From Bacteroidales bacterium (GTDB lineage Bacteria; Bacteroidota; Bacteroidia; Bacteroidales; JAADGE01), in contig JALSMF010000020.1 of assembly GCA_026987795.1 (NCBI GenBank), forward strand, positions 1 through 25,112: 25,112 nt of DNA. The letters run 5' to 3'. Shown one piece after another: positions 7,955 through 17,000 of this stretch. Position numbers and translations under genes: made by a program. Numbering within the stretch: the stretch's first letter is position 1; every line of letters begins with the position of its first letter. The notes under the pieces are model-generated. The model did not search any database. It saw only the letters and a list, made by a program, of their open reading frames with translations, and had not been told where the DNA came from.

Positions 7955-7972
7955 ACCTTTTTGTATTTTTTT

Positions 7973-8542
7973 TTACAGTTTTATTTTATCTGCTCTTTTA
8001 TATTTGTTTCGATACAGCCAGGCTGCAAAAATTCCGGCAAAGGCTCCGAAAAGGTGTCCTTCCCATGAAACTCCTTCCTGTCCGGGTATTATTCCTTCAA
8101 GCAAAGCTCCGCCGTACAGAAAGATAATAACAACAGCAATAAGTATTGATTTTAAACTCCTTCTGAATATTCCGCTGAACAACAAAAAACCTATATAAGC
8201 AAAAATAACACCGCTGGCACCTATATGGTTGGTTCCGCTTTTTCCGAAAAGCCATACTGCAAACCCTCCGAGCAATACAGATATTATACTGACTTTAACA
8301 TAAAGTTTATTATAAAAATACAGAATTATGAATGTCAGAATAAATAAAGGAACGGTATTAGATATAAGATGCGTCCAGTTAAGGTGTAAAAAAGGAGAAA
8401 ACAAAATGCCGATTAAACCGTTCAGTTTGCGAGGGTGAATTCCGAAATCCCTGAAATCCGTGAAGAAAAAAACAAAATTCAAAATAAAAATTGCCCAAAT
8501 ACTGCCTGTAATCCACAAAGTTGTGATAAGATTCTTTTTCAT
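7973..8542 (-). CDS. Rhomboid family intramembrane serine protease
   Basis: Multiple TM helices, HxxxxHxxxN motif (HLNWTHLISN), catalytic GASG and C-terminal His (WEGHLFG). ATG 8542 (MKKNL) is preferred over TTG 8584, which lies inside a -7 promoter element. Confidence 0.92.
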   Translation of the reverse strand: MKKNLITTLWITGSIWAIFILNFVFFFTDFRDFGIHPRKLNGLIGILFSPFLHLNWTHLISNTVPLFILTFIILYFYNKLYVKVSIISVLLGGFAVWLFGKSGTNHIGASGVIFAYIGFLLFSGIFRRSLKSILIAVVIIFLYGGALLEGIIPGQEGVSWEGHLFGAFAGIFAAWLYRNKYKRADKIKL

Positions 8543-8581
8543 TGATACTCTGCTTAATGATGTTAATCGTTTTTTACCTGT

Positions 8582-8589
8582 CAAATATA
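8582..8589 (-). promoter_or_regulatory. -7 element TATATTTG for the rhomboid gene
   Basis: caaatata at 8582-8589, 39 nt upstream of ATG 8542. Confidence 0.55.
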
Positions 8590-8662
8590 GATAATTTTAG
8601 GATAACCGGTATTTTTTACTGATATTTGTTATTAATTAAAATATTATTTACATAACTTATTT

Positions 8663-11600
8663 ATGATGAAAAAGTATATAATCATCGGTTTATTTCTATT
8701 TTTCAGTGCTTTTTTAACAGCCCAGATAAACCCTTTGTGGTTACGATATCCTGCAATTTCACCCGACGGAAAATATATTGCGTTTTCCTACAAAGGCGAT
8801 ATATACAAAGTATCTTCTTCCGGCGGAAAAGCTGTTGCTTTAACTCAAAATAAAGCATATGATTATAAGCCTGTCTGGTCTCCTGACAGTAAGTCTGTTG
8901 CTTTTGCATCAGACCGTTACGGGAATTTTGATATTTATCTTATTTCTGCTGAAGGAGGAGTTCCCGTAAGGTTGACTTTTTATTCCGGAAAGGAAATTCC
9001 TAATTCATTTACACCCGAAGGAGATAAAATTCTGTTTACGGCTGCAATTTCAGATCCTGTCGGTAATATAAGTTTCCCGAGAAATTATTTAAGTGAGCTT
9101 TATGAAGTCCCGGTAAACGGAGGAAGTATAAGACAAATACTTTCAACACCTGCCGAAGAGGCAAAATATTCATCCGATAAAACAAAAATAATTTTTCAGG
9201 ATGCAAAAGGACCTGAGAATTATTGGAGAAAACATCAAAAATCTTCTGTAGCAAGAGATATAAGAATTTATGATACAAAAACAGGGAACTTTTCTTTTTT
9301 GACAAAATTTGAAGGAGAAGACAGGTTGCCTTCTTTTTCGTCTGATGAAAATTATATTTATTTTACAAGCGAAAGGTTTAATAACACGTTTAATGTTTGT
9401 AAACTTAATTTGAAAAATCCGGAAGACGCAGAACAGATAACTGTTTTTGAAAAAAATCCTGTCAGGTTTCTGACTGTCTCCGATAATGACGATTTATGCT
9501 TTACTTACGACGGAGAAATATACGTAAAAAAGAAAGGAGAAAATGCAAAAAAAATAAATCTGACAATTCTAGCCGATGTTAAAGAAAATCCTGAAAAATA
9601 TGTGAAGACAACTTCCGGGATAACAGATATGGCTGTTTCGCCCGACGGAAAAGAAACTGCATTCATAATAAGAGGTAACGTATTCGTAACTTCTGTTGAT
9701 TACTCTACAACTAAACAAATTACGGCAACTCCGGAGCAGGAACGTTCGGTAAGTTTCAGTCCTGACGGAAAATCGTTACTATATGCTTCGGAAAGAAACG
9801 GAAGTTGGGGAATTTACAGAACAAAAATTGTAAAAGAAGACGAAAATAATTTCATTTTTGCAACAGAAATTAAAGAAGACATACTCGTTAATTCGGAAAA
9901 AGATGAATTTCAGCCTGAATTTTCGCCTGACGGAAAAGAGGTTGCATTTCTTGAAGAACGCACTACACTGCGTGTTTTGAATTTGGAAACAAAAAAAATA
10001 AGAACTGTTCTTGCCGGAAAATATAACTACTCATACTCTGACGGAGACCAAGATTATAAATGGTCGCCCGACGGTAAATATTTTTTGGTCAGCTATTCTC
10101 CGAACACATTGTTTTCTGACGATATAGGACTTGTTAAAGCCGACGGCAGCGAAGAGCCTTTTAATTTAACGGAAAGCGGATATTCCGACAGTAATCCGAA
10201 ATGGATTTTAAACGGAAAAGGAATGATTTGGGAATCGGACAGAAACGGTTACAGAAGTCACGGCAGTTGGGGATCTTACAGAGACGTTTATGCAATGTTT
10301 TTTACTCGGGATGCTTACGATAAATTTCGTTTATCCGAAGAGGAGTATAAGTTTCTGAAGGAAAAAAACAAAGGAAAAAAAGAAAAAAAATCGGGAAACG
10401 ATAAAAAGAAAAAAAATAAAGATAAAAAGGAACATGCTAAAAAAGAAGGTGAAATAAAAAACGTTAAAATTGAAAAAGAAGGTTTGGAAGATCGAATTGT
10501 GCGGTTGACAATTAATTCGTCGGCAATATCGGATATGGTTTTATCCCCTGAAGGAGATAAATTATATTATCTCACAAAATTTGAAAAAGGATTTGATTTG
10601 TGGGTTAATAATTTGAGAAAAAAACAAACGAAACTTGCCAGAAAACTTACCGGATACGGCGGAAATATCAGCATAGACACAACAGGAAAAAATTTGTTTA
10701 TGTATTCGGGCGGACAGATGATAAAAATAAAAACTTCCGATTACTCGAAAAAACCGATTTCTTTTAATGCCGAATATTATTTGAATAAAAGTGCCGAAAG
10801 AAAATATATGTTCGACCATGTTTGGCGACAAACTTTAAAAAAGTTTTACAAAAAAGATATGCAGGGAGTTGACTGGGAATACTATAAAAATGTATATGAA
10901 AAATTCTTGCCCTTTATTGACAATAATTATGATTTTGCGGAAATGCTCAGCGAGATGCTCGGCGAATTAAACGCATCGCATACCGGCAGCGGATATCGGC
11001 ACAGAGATGAAAGCGGAGATAAAACGGCATCTTTAGGAATTATTTATGATGTAAATTATGCGGGTAAAGGAATAAAAATTGACGAAATTCTCGGTAAAAG
11101 CCCGCTCTTACGTGTCGAAAATAAAATAAAGCCCGGATTTATTATAGAAGAAATAGACAATAAGCCGATTGAAAACAATCAGGATTATTTCAGGTTGTTA
11201 AATCACAAATCGGGAAAAGATGTTTTAGTTAAAATAAAAAATACTGATACCGGAAAATCTTTTGTTGAAAGAGTTCAGGCAATTTCTTTGCGGGAAAAAA
11301 ATGATTTGCTTTACGAAAGATGGGTTGAAAACAGAAGGGCAGATGTAGAAAAATTATCCGGCGGACGTTTGGGATATGTTCACGTAAGAGGAATGAACAG
11401 CAAAAGTTTCCGTAAAGTATATTCAGATTTGTTAGGTAAAGAGTTTCATAAGGATGCTGTTATAATTGACACGCGTTTTAATCACGGAGGTTGGCTGCAC
11501 GATGATTTAGCAACTCTTTTCAGCGGAAAAAAATATATAACTTTCAGTCCGAGAGGACATAAATTCGGATACGACCCGCTCGGAAAATGGGTTAAGCCCT

Positions 11601-11926
11601 CTATTTTACTGATGTCGGAAGGTAATTATTCCGACGGATACGGTTTTCCTTATGCTTATACGGCATTAAAAATAGGAAAAACTGTTGGTATGCCTGTTCC
11701 GGGAACAATGACAGCCGTTTGGTGGGAAACTCTTCAGGACAAAAGCTTATACTTCGGTATTCCGCAGGTAGGTGCTATTGATATGAGCGGTGACTATCTT
11801 GAAAACAAACAATTAGAACCTGATTATAAAATTGATAATGATTACGGCAGTGTTATAAAAGGTATAGACAAACAATTGGAAAAAGCAGTTGAAATTATGC
11901 TTAAAAATTCCGGAGGCAACAAATAG
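8663..11926 (+). CDS. Tricorn-like periplasmic S41 family peptidase (PD40/TolB-like propeller repeats, PDZ, S41 catalytic domain)
   Basis: Signal peptide MKKYIIIGLFLFFSAFLTAQ; repeated (I/W/F)SPDGK PD40 motifs; LGELNASHTG (His); PDZ-like GIKIDEIL...IKPGFIIEEIDNKPI; RLGYVHVRGM; IIDTRFNHGG; nucleophile region NYSDG. Confidence 0.92.
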   Translation: MMKKYIIIGLFLFFSAFLTAQINPLWLRYPAISPDGKYIAFSYKGDIYKVSSSGGKAVALTQNKAYDYKPVWSPDSKSVAFASDRYGNFDIYLISAEGGVPVRLTFYSGKEIPNSFTPEGDKILFTAAISDPVGNISFPRNYLSELYEVPVNGGSIRQILSTPAEEAKYSSDKTKIIFQDAKGPENYWRKHQKSSVARDIRIYDTKTGNFSFLTKFEGEDRLPSFSSDENYIYFTSERFNNTFNVCKLNLKNPEDAEQITVFEKNPVRFLTVSDNDDLCFTYDGEIYVKKKGENAKKINLTILADVKENPEKYVKTTSGITDMAVSPDGKETAFIIRGNVFVTSVDYSTTKQITATPEQERSVSFSPDGKSLLYASERNGSWGIYRTKIVKEDENNFIFATEIKEDILVNSEKDEFQPEFSPDGKEVAFLEERTTLRVLNLETKKIRTVLAGKYNYSYSDGDQDYKWSPDGKYFLVSYSPNTLFSDDIGLVKADGSEEPFNLTESGYSDSNPKWILNGKGMIWESDRNGYRSHGSWGSYRDVYAMFFTRDAYDKFRLSEEEYKFLKEKNKGKKEKKSGNDKKKKNKDKKEHAKKEGEIKNVKIEKEGLEDRIVRLTINSSAISDMVLSPEGDKLYYLTKFEKGFDLWVNNLRKKQTKLARKLTGYGGNISIDTTGKNLFMYSGGQMIKIKTSDYSKKPISFNAEYYLNKSAERKYMFDHVWRQTLKKFYKKDMQGVDWEYYKNVYEKFLPFIDNNYDFAEMLSEMLGELNASHTGSGYRHRDESGDKTASLGIIYDVNYAGKGIKIDEILGKSPLLRVENKIKPGFIIEEIDNKPIENNQDYFRLLNHKSGKDVLVKIKNTDTGKSFVERVQAISLREKNDLLYERWVENRRADVEKLSGGRLGYVHVRGMNSKSFRKVYSDLLGKEFHKDAVIIDTRFNHGGWLHDDLATLFSGKKYITFSPRGHKFGYDPLGKWVKPSILLMSEGNYSDGYGFPYAYTALKIGKTVGMPVPGTMTAVWWETLQDKSLYFGIPQVGAIDMSGDYLENKQLEPDYKIDNDYGSVIKGIDKQLEKAVEIMLKNSGGNK

Positions 11927-11945
11927 TGCCGTTCGGTTAAGTCAG

Positions 11946-11980
11946 ATACCTGTCCGATTTTTATCAGACAGGTATTTTTT
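11946..11980 (+). terminator. Hairpin/intrinsic terminator between the convergent S41 peptidase gene and rmuC
   Basis: ATACCTGTCCGAT-TTTT-ATCAGACAGGTAT (11946-11975) followed by TTTTT on the plus strand. The minus-strand version is a 13-bp stem with one G-U pair but no U tract. Confidence 0.75.
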
Positions 11981-13457
11981 ATTCATCTTCTGAGAATTTT
12001 GAGGGTAATGATTTTTGGGCTTTTGCTCCGAGGTCTTTTAGTTTTTTTACTTGTCCTATTATGTTGCCTCTGCCTTCGGCAAGTTGGCTGAAAGCCGTGT
12101 CGTAGCTTTTTTGTGTTCGTTTAAGATTATTTCCTATGTCTTCAAGGTTTTCGATGAAAGAAACAAATTTGTCGTGTAAGAGTCCGCCTCTTTCGGCAAT
12201 TTCCAAAGCATTTTTATTTTGTTTATCCCGGTTCCACAGGTCGGCAATAAGTTTTAAGGCAGCTATAAGGTTTGTCGGGCTTATCAGCAGTATTTTTTTC
12301 TTGTAGGCAAAGTTCCAGAGGTCGGGTTCGTGTTTCATCGCAAGCAAATATGCCGGTTCTACAGGAATAAACATCATCACAAAATCTAAAGAGTCTGTAT
12401 AAGAGGCATAGTTTTTTGCGCTTAGCTCGTCAATATGTTTTTTTACGGAATTTATGTGAGCTTTGAGGAATGTGCTCATTTCCTGCTCATCAGAAGCCGA
12501 GTTATATTTTTCGTATGCCGTTAAACTTACTTTTGAGTCTATAATTACGATTCTTCCGTCGGGATATTTCAGCATTACATCGGGCTGCAGTTTTTTCCCT
12601 TCCGCAGTTTTTACGGTAATGCCTCTTTCGTCTCGTATAAATTCCTGAACAAAAAATTCTCTGCCTTTTTCGAGTCCTGAATTTTCGAGAATGTTTTCAA
12701 GTATCATCTCTCCCCAGTCTCCTTGTGTTTTTGACGAACCTTTCAGTGCTTTTGTAAGGTTGTTGGCTTCTTCGCTTATTTTTTGATTTAATTCAAACAG
12801 TTTCTTTATTTCTTTTTCTAATGAAAATCGTTCTTTAGATTCTTTGTCATAGGTTTCTTCAACACGCTTTTTAAATTCTTTAATGTTTTCGCCCAAAGGC
12901 TCCAGCAGGGTTTTTAGGTTAAGCTCGTTTTGTTCGGTAAATTTTTTGCTTTTTTCTTCTAATATGCTGTTTGCAAGCACTTTAAATTCATTGCTGAATT
13001 TTTCTCCTATTTTTTCAAGTTCGGCTTTTTGTGTTTGCAGTTTTTCATTCAGGTTTTTATTTTTTTCTTCAAGATAGATTTTTTCAGAAATGAGATGAGT
13101 GATTTTTTTATTGAGGTTTTCGTTTGTTTCGTAGTTTTCACGGATTTCGTTTTTAAGTTCTTCGTTTTCCCTCTCTTTATTTTCGAGGTTTGCTTGTGTT
13201 GAAGACAGCTGTTTGTTTATTTCGGATATTTTTTCTCTTGCGGTTGTCAGTTCTTCTTTTAAAATTTTCACTTCCCTTTCTTCTTTCAGAATATCTTCAT
13301 AGGCTGATTTCAGTTTAAAATCGGTTATTTCTTTTTCTTTTATAATCTTTTCGGCTTCGGATTTAGGAACGGTTGCTTTTTTCATAAATAAAAAAAACAC
13401 AAAAAAGCCGGCAGCTGCTCCGAAGATAAATGCTAATAAGGGTAAAAGAGTTTCCAT
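11979..13457 (-). CDS. rmuC: DNA recombination protein RmuC
   Basis: N-terminal TM helix, long coiled coil, [16 protein letters not shown], nuclease-like [32 protein letters not shown] and [13 protein letters not shown]. Confidence 0.95.
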   Translation of the reverse strand: METLLPLLAFIFGAAAGFFVFFLFMKKATVPKSEAEKIIKEKEITDFKLKSAYEDILKEEREVKILKEELTTAREKISEINKQLSSTQANLENKERENEELKNEIRENYETNENLNKKITHLISEKIYLEEKNKNLNEKLQTQKAELEKIGEKFSNEFKVLANSILEEKSKKFTEQNELNLKTLLEPLGENIKEFKKRVEETYDKESKERFSLEKEIKKLFELNQKISEEANNLTKALKGSSKTQGDWGEMILENILENSGLEKGREFFVQEFIRDERGITVKTAEGKKLQPDVMLKYPDGRIVIIDSKVSLTAYEKYNSASDEQEMSTFLKAHINSVKKHIDELSAKNYASYTDSLDFVMMFIPVEPAYLLAMKHEPDLWNFAYKKKILLISPTNLIAALKLIADLWNRDKQNKNALEIAERGGLLHDKFVSFIENLEDIGNNLKRTQKSYDTAFSQLAEGRGNIIGQVKKLKDLGAKAQKSLPSKFSEDE

Positions 13458-13461
13458 ATCA

Positions 13462-13469
13462 CAAATATA
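13462..13469 (-). promoter_or_regulatory. -7 element TATATTTG only 4 nt upstream of the rmuC ATG
   Basis: caaatata at 13462-13469. The minus strand reads TATATTTG-TGAT-ATG. Confidence 0.5.
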
Positions 13470-13473
13470 AGAT

Positions 13474-13500
13474 AAAAAAGGATTGCCTTAAAGACAATCC
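13474..13500 (-). terminator. Intrinsic terminator downstream of gcvH
   Basis: Minus strand reads GGAUUGUC-UUUAA-GGCAAUCC followed by UUUUUU. Confidence 0.78.
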
Positions 13501-13526
13501 CGTAAAAAGTATATTTTCTTAATTGT

Positions 13527-13907
13527 TTAGGAGTTTACTTTTGCTTCATAATCGGTATGCGATAATAAATCATCTGCTTCCGAAGAGTCTTTTAAGGATA
13601 TTTTAATAATCCAGCCTTCACCGTAAGGGTCAGAATTTATAAGTTCGGGAGTGTCCTCAAGTTTTGTGTTAAATTCAAGAACTTCGCCTGACACGGGCAT
13701 ATACATATCCGAAACGGTTTTAACGGCTTCTATTGTTCCGAATGCTTCGCCTTTTTCAATTTCTTCGCCTACGGTTTCAACTTCGACAAAAACAATGTCT
13801 CCTAATTCGCCTTGTGCAAAATCGGTAATTCCTACAAATGCTTCTTCACCTTCAATTCTTATCCATTCGTGGTTGTCGGTGTATTTCAAATTTTCGGGAA
13901 TGTTCAT
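13527..13907 (-). CDS. gcvH: Glycine cleavage system H protein (lipoyl carrier)
   Basis: [28 protein letters not shown], lipoyl-lysine motif [15 protein letters not shown] and [11 protein letters not shown]; 126 aa. Confidence 0.97.
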   Translation of the reverse strand: MNIPENLKYTDNHEWIRIEGEEAFVGITDFAQGELGDIVFVEVETVGEEIEKGEAFGTIEAVKTVSDMYMPVSGEVLEFNTKLEDTPELINSDPYGEGWIIKISLKDSSEADDLLSHTDYEAKVNS

Positions 13908-13959
13908 AATGCGTTTATTTTAAGATTTTTATGAAATAATTTTATTTTTTAACGTTTTT

Positions 13960-13967
13960 CAAAATTA
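13960..13967 (-). promoter_or_regulatory. -7 element TAATTTTG upstream of gcvH
   Basis: caaaatta at 13960-13967, 52 nt upstream of the gcvH ATG. No clear -33 element. Confidence 0.5.
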
Positions 13968-14026
13968 GAAAAATGAATTCGGAAAAAAAAATCCGGACTT
14001 ATGTTTTAGAAATTTAAAGCAGAATT

Positions 14027-17000
14027 TTAGATATTAGCTAAATTAAATCTTAAACTGAAACCTATATGTGTGTTAGAGGTTTTAAAAGATGTTGAAACCC
14101 TCGGAGTGTTAACAAGGCGGTCGTAAAAAATTCTCAGAGTAACTTTGTCTAAATTATAATCGGTACTGATTTTTACCGACAGGTTTTTTTGCCCTGCCGA
14201 AAGTTGATTGTCTGCTTCTTTAATTCTTCTTATAACGGCGTAATTGTCGCTGTATGTAAAGTCAAGTCTGAAATTAAGGTCGCTTTTAAAAAGTTTTTGA
14301 CTGCCTTGTATCATCATAGGTATTTCCAAATCAGGGACTTTATACCCGAACCCGAATACATATTCTTTGCGTAATAATTCGGTTAATGTATTGTTTCCGA
14401 AGTTGAGCGTGAGGTTTCTGGATTGTTTGTATTCTATTCTTGTTGACATATCATTTTTCCATCGCATATCAATTCCTATGAGAGGTGTAAATTTTTCGTC
14501 TATCATAACAGCGTCAACAAAATATTCCGAGACAAAATAAGTTCCGGTAAGTTCGTCCTGAATGTCAGTAAATCCGGTGCTCCCTATTTCCGTAAATGCA
14601 GAGTTTGATTGGTAAGATGATACGGTATAGCTTGAGCGGTATCCGTGGTTTACGGTTACGCGTTTCAGATATTTTTTTATGAAATCATAATATGTAAGCC
14701 CGTCGTATTTCAGTCGCCAATTAGGGAAAGGAATGAGAGGGAACATTTCTAACCCGGCTTTATTTACGTCTTTTCCGGAATATGCAGCTAAAAATGCAGG
14801 CAGCATTATTTCTCTTGATGTAGGACTGTATCCGTAAGGAAATTGATTTATGTAATTGTCGGCAGGCAGTGTGTCATTGTTCAGAATGTTTCTGTCGTAA
14901 GCGATCCCCTCTGCGATTCTTTCGTCTGCAAGTCGGTCGGCAATATCCAGTCGGTAATCTAAAAAACGGTTGTAGGTTATTGAGTTATATGTCGAGTCTG
15001 TTATTTTGTCGAAAGCTGTTTTTATGCTTAAAAAGCTCATTGAAAACGAACCGCTTTGTGATTGGTTTTGTGCGTTTAAATTGCCGTAGCCGTCAGTTAC
15101 CCAAAATTCTCTGTTTTGTTTGCTTTCTCTTCTGTCGGCACTTACATCTATTCTTAAACCTTTTATCGGTTTCAGTGTTGCTTTGAAGTTATATGTTACG
15201 TCATTGTTTTGAATAACGGGTGAGTTAAGCAGGGTGTCTCCCGACAGCCATCCGTTAATTGCAGCTTTTGATGCAAAATCACTTTCCTGAATTCCGGTAA
15301 TGAATTTCCATCCCGGTGCATTATTGTTAAGGTCGTTGAAACTGAAATTTTCAAAACCCAGATAGTTTGATTTTTTCATATATCCGGGAATGATACTTCC
15401 GTTATTTTCCGAGTAGGTTAAGGAAATATTTCTTACGGACATTAAAGCGTAAAGCGTGTAATCAGACAATACTCTGAGAAAGTTTTCTTTTACTTCTTTT
15501 TTTCCGTTTATCTCTATCGTTACTTTCTTTGCTGATTCTTCGGGATAAAATTTGACTTTATTTTCGTTAACAATTTCGGTTCTGCCTTTTATTTCTTTAT
15601 TGTTTTGGTCTTTTGCCGTGAGTTTTACGTTTTCTGTTTTCAGATTGTGGACAATACTTCTGGGTTTGTTCTTTTTAAGTGTTACGTTATTTTTTGAGAA
15701 TTTAACGTTTTTAAATTTCTTTTTTGCCTTTTTTTTGCTTCCCTTAAATTTATTGTCAACGTTTTTAAGAAATTTAACTTTTCTGTATATCCTGCTGAAA
15801 TTTGCTTGTGTCGAGAATTGTATTCTTTGATTATTTCTGATTGTATTTCCGAGATTTACCGTTGAATCTTGAGTTCTGGGTCCTATTGTCCAAAAATAAT
15901 CGGCATCGTATCTTACGTTTGCGTTTACCCAGTCAAGCATCGGGAGTTGGTTTATCGGAATATTCCACGTTCCGTTTAACTTCTGATGAAAATCCGTTGT
16001 TCTGCCGAAATTTCTTAAACTGTCAACAACGCTGTTTTTATAATCGTTCCATTTTTGCTCATCGGTTTTGTCTATTTTTCCTTCCGGCTCGCCTACCCAT
16101 GCCTGGTTATTGGCACTGTATGTAAATTTTAAGTTTCTTGAAAGATTATATTTAATATCGTAAGTTCTGTTCCATGTAAATTGCTTGTCGAAAGTTTCGT
16201 CAATCAGAACGTCGGCATTGTCAATATTACGAAGTAAAATTTCATTGTATGATTTTCTTATGTCTGTTCTGAAAGCAATCATTGAGGGGGCGTAGTAAAA
16301 GTTAAAATCTTTAATTATTCTGAAAGCTTTTTTTCTGAACAGTTTAACTTTTGAAAACGGTTTTATGTTTTTAGGTGTTATATTATAATTGTATGCCAAT
16401 GCTCCTGTATGTATTTTCAGGAGGTTGTGCTCGGTGTTTATGTTTCTTGAAAAAAGTTCGTTGTAGCCGTAGCTTGCTGTCCAGTTAGATATTGCCCAAG
16501 CGGGGGTTTTACGTCTTCCCGTATTGTTTTTAGAGCCCGGTCTGATTTTGTTATTTTTTTCCGAATTTTGATTTTTTGATTTTTTTTCTCGGTTTCCTGA
16601 TATTCTGATATTTGTGAGGTTTACAGATTTTCTTTTAACGTAATCTTGGCTTATTTTCAAGAATTCATTTTTTTCTTTTTGAGTAAGATTGCTTAATGTT
16701 GCCGTCATTTTTATGTCGGGATTCAGGGGGTCGTATTCAGGGTTACTTCTGTATTCTGAATATCCGAAATACAGAGGGATGCGTATTCCGTATTTTTTCG
16801 GAAAAAATTTTCCCAATTCAGTGCTTGCGGAGAAGTCATAATTAAAATCGGTGGATTGTTGCCTTTGGTCTACGGTTTCTTCAATGCCGCCGAAACCCGG
16901 GGTGCTGTATTCTCCGGAAAGAGCAAGCGTGGAAAAGTCGGCAAGATTTGCCTGCAGGCGACCTCTGGCAGCCCAGCCTCCTTGCTCATTAAATCCGGCA

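Noticed and set aside
7765-7972. tRNA as an integration site or island boundary
   Set aside because: I found no duplicated tRNA 3' end, integrase or compositional break, and the flanking genes look like core genome.
8543-8584. TTG-initiated N-terminal extension of the rhomboid
   Set aside because: The TTG is part of the TATATTTG -7 element, and ATG 8542 gives a normal rhomboid N-terminus.
8755-10080. Recurring CC(C/T)GACGG(A/T)AAA DNA motif suggesting a CRISPR-like or dispersed repeat
   Set aside because: Spacing is irregular and every copy encodes the SPDGK turn of PD40 repeats in frame, so it is a protein-level repeat.
10350-10480. Poly-A-rich Lys/Glu segment in the S41 gene as a frameshift or phase-variation site
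   Set aside because: The frame is intact, the runs are short, and charged low-complexity linkers are usual at this position in bacterial tricorn-like proteins.
13975-13998. Possible sprA terminator (CGGA-T run-TCCG on the minus strand) or A9 slippage tract near the gcvH promoter
   Set aside because: The stem is only about 4 bp with no following U tract, and A8-A9 runs are common throughout this AT-rich window.
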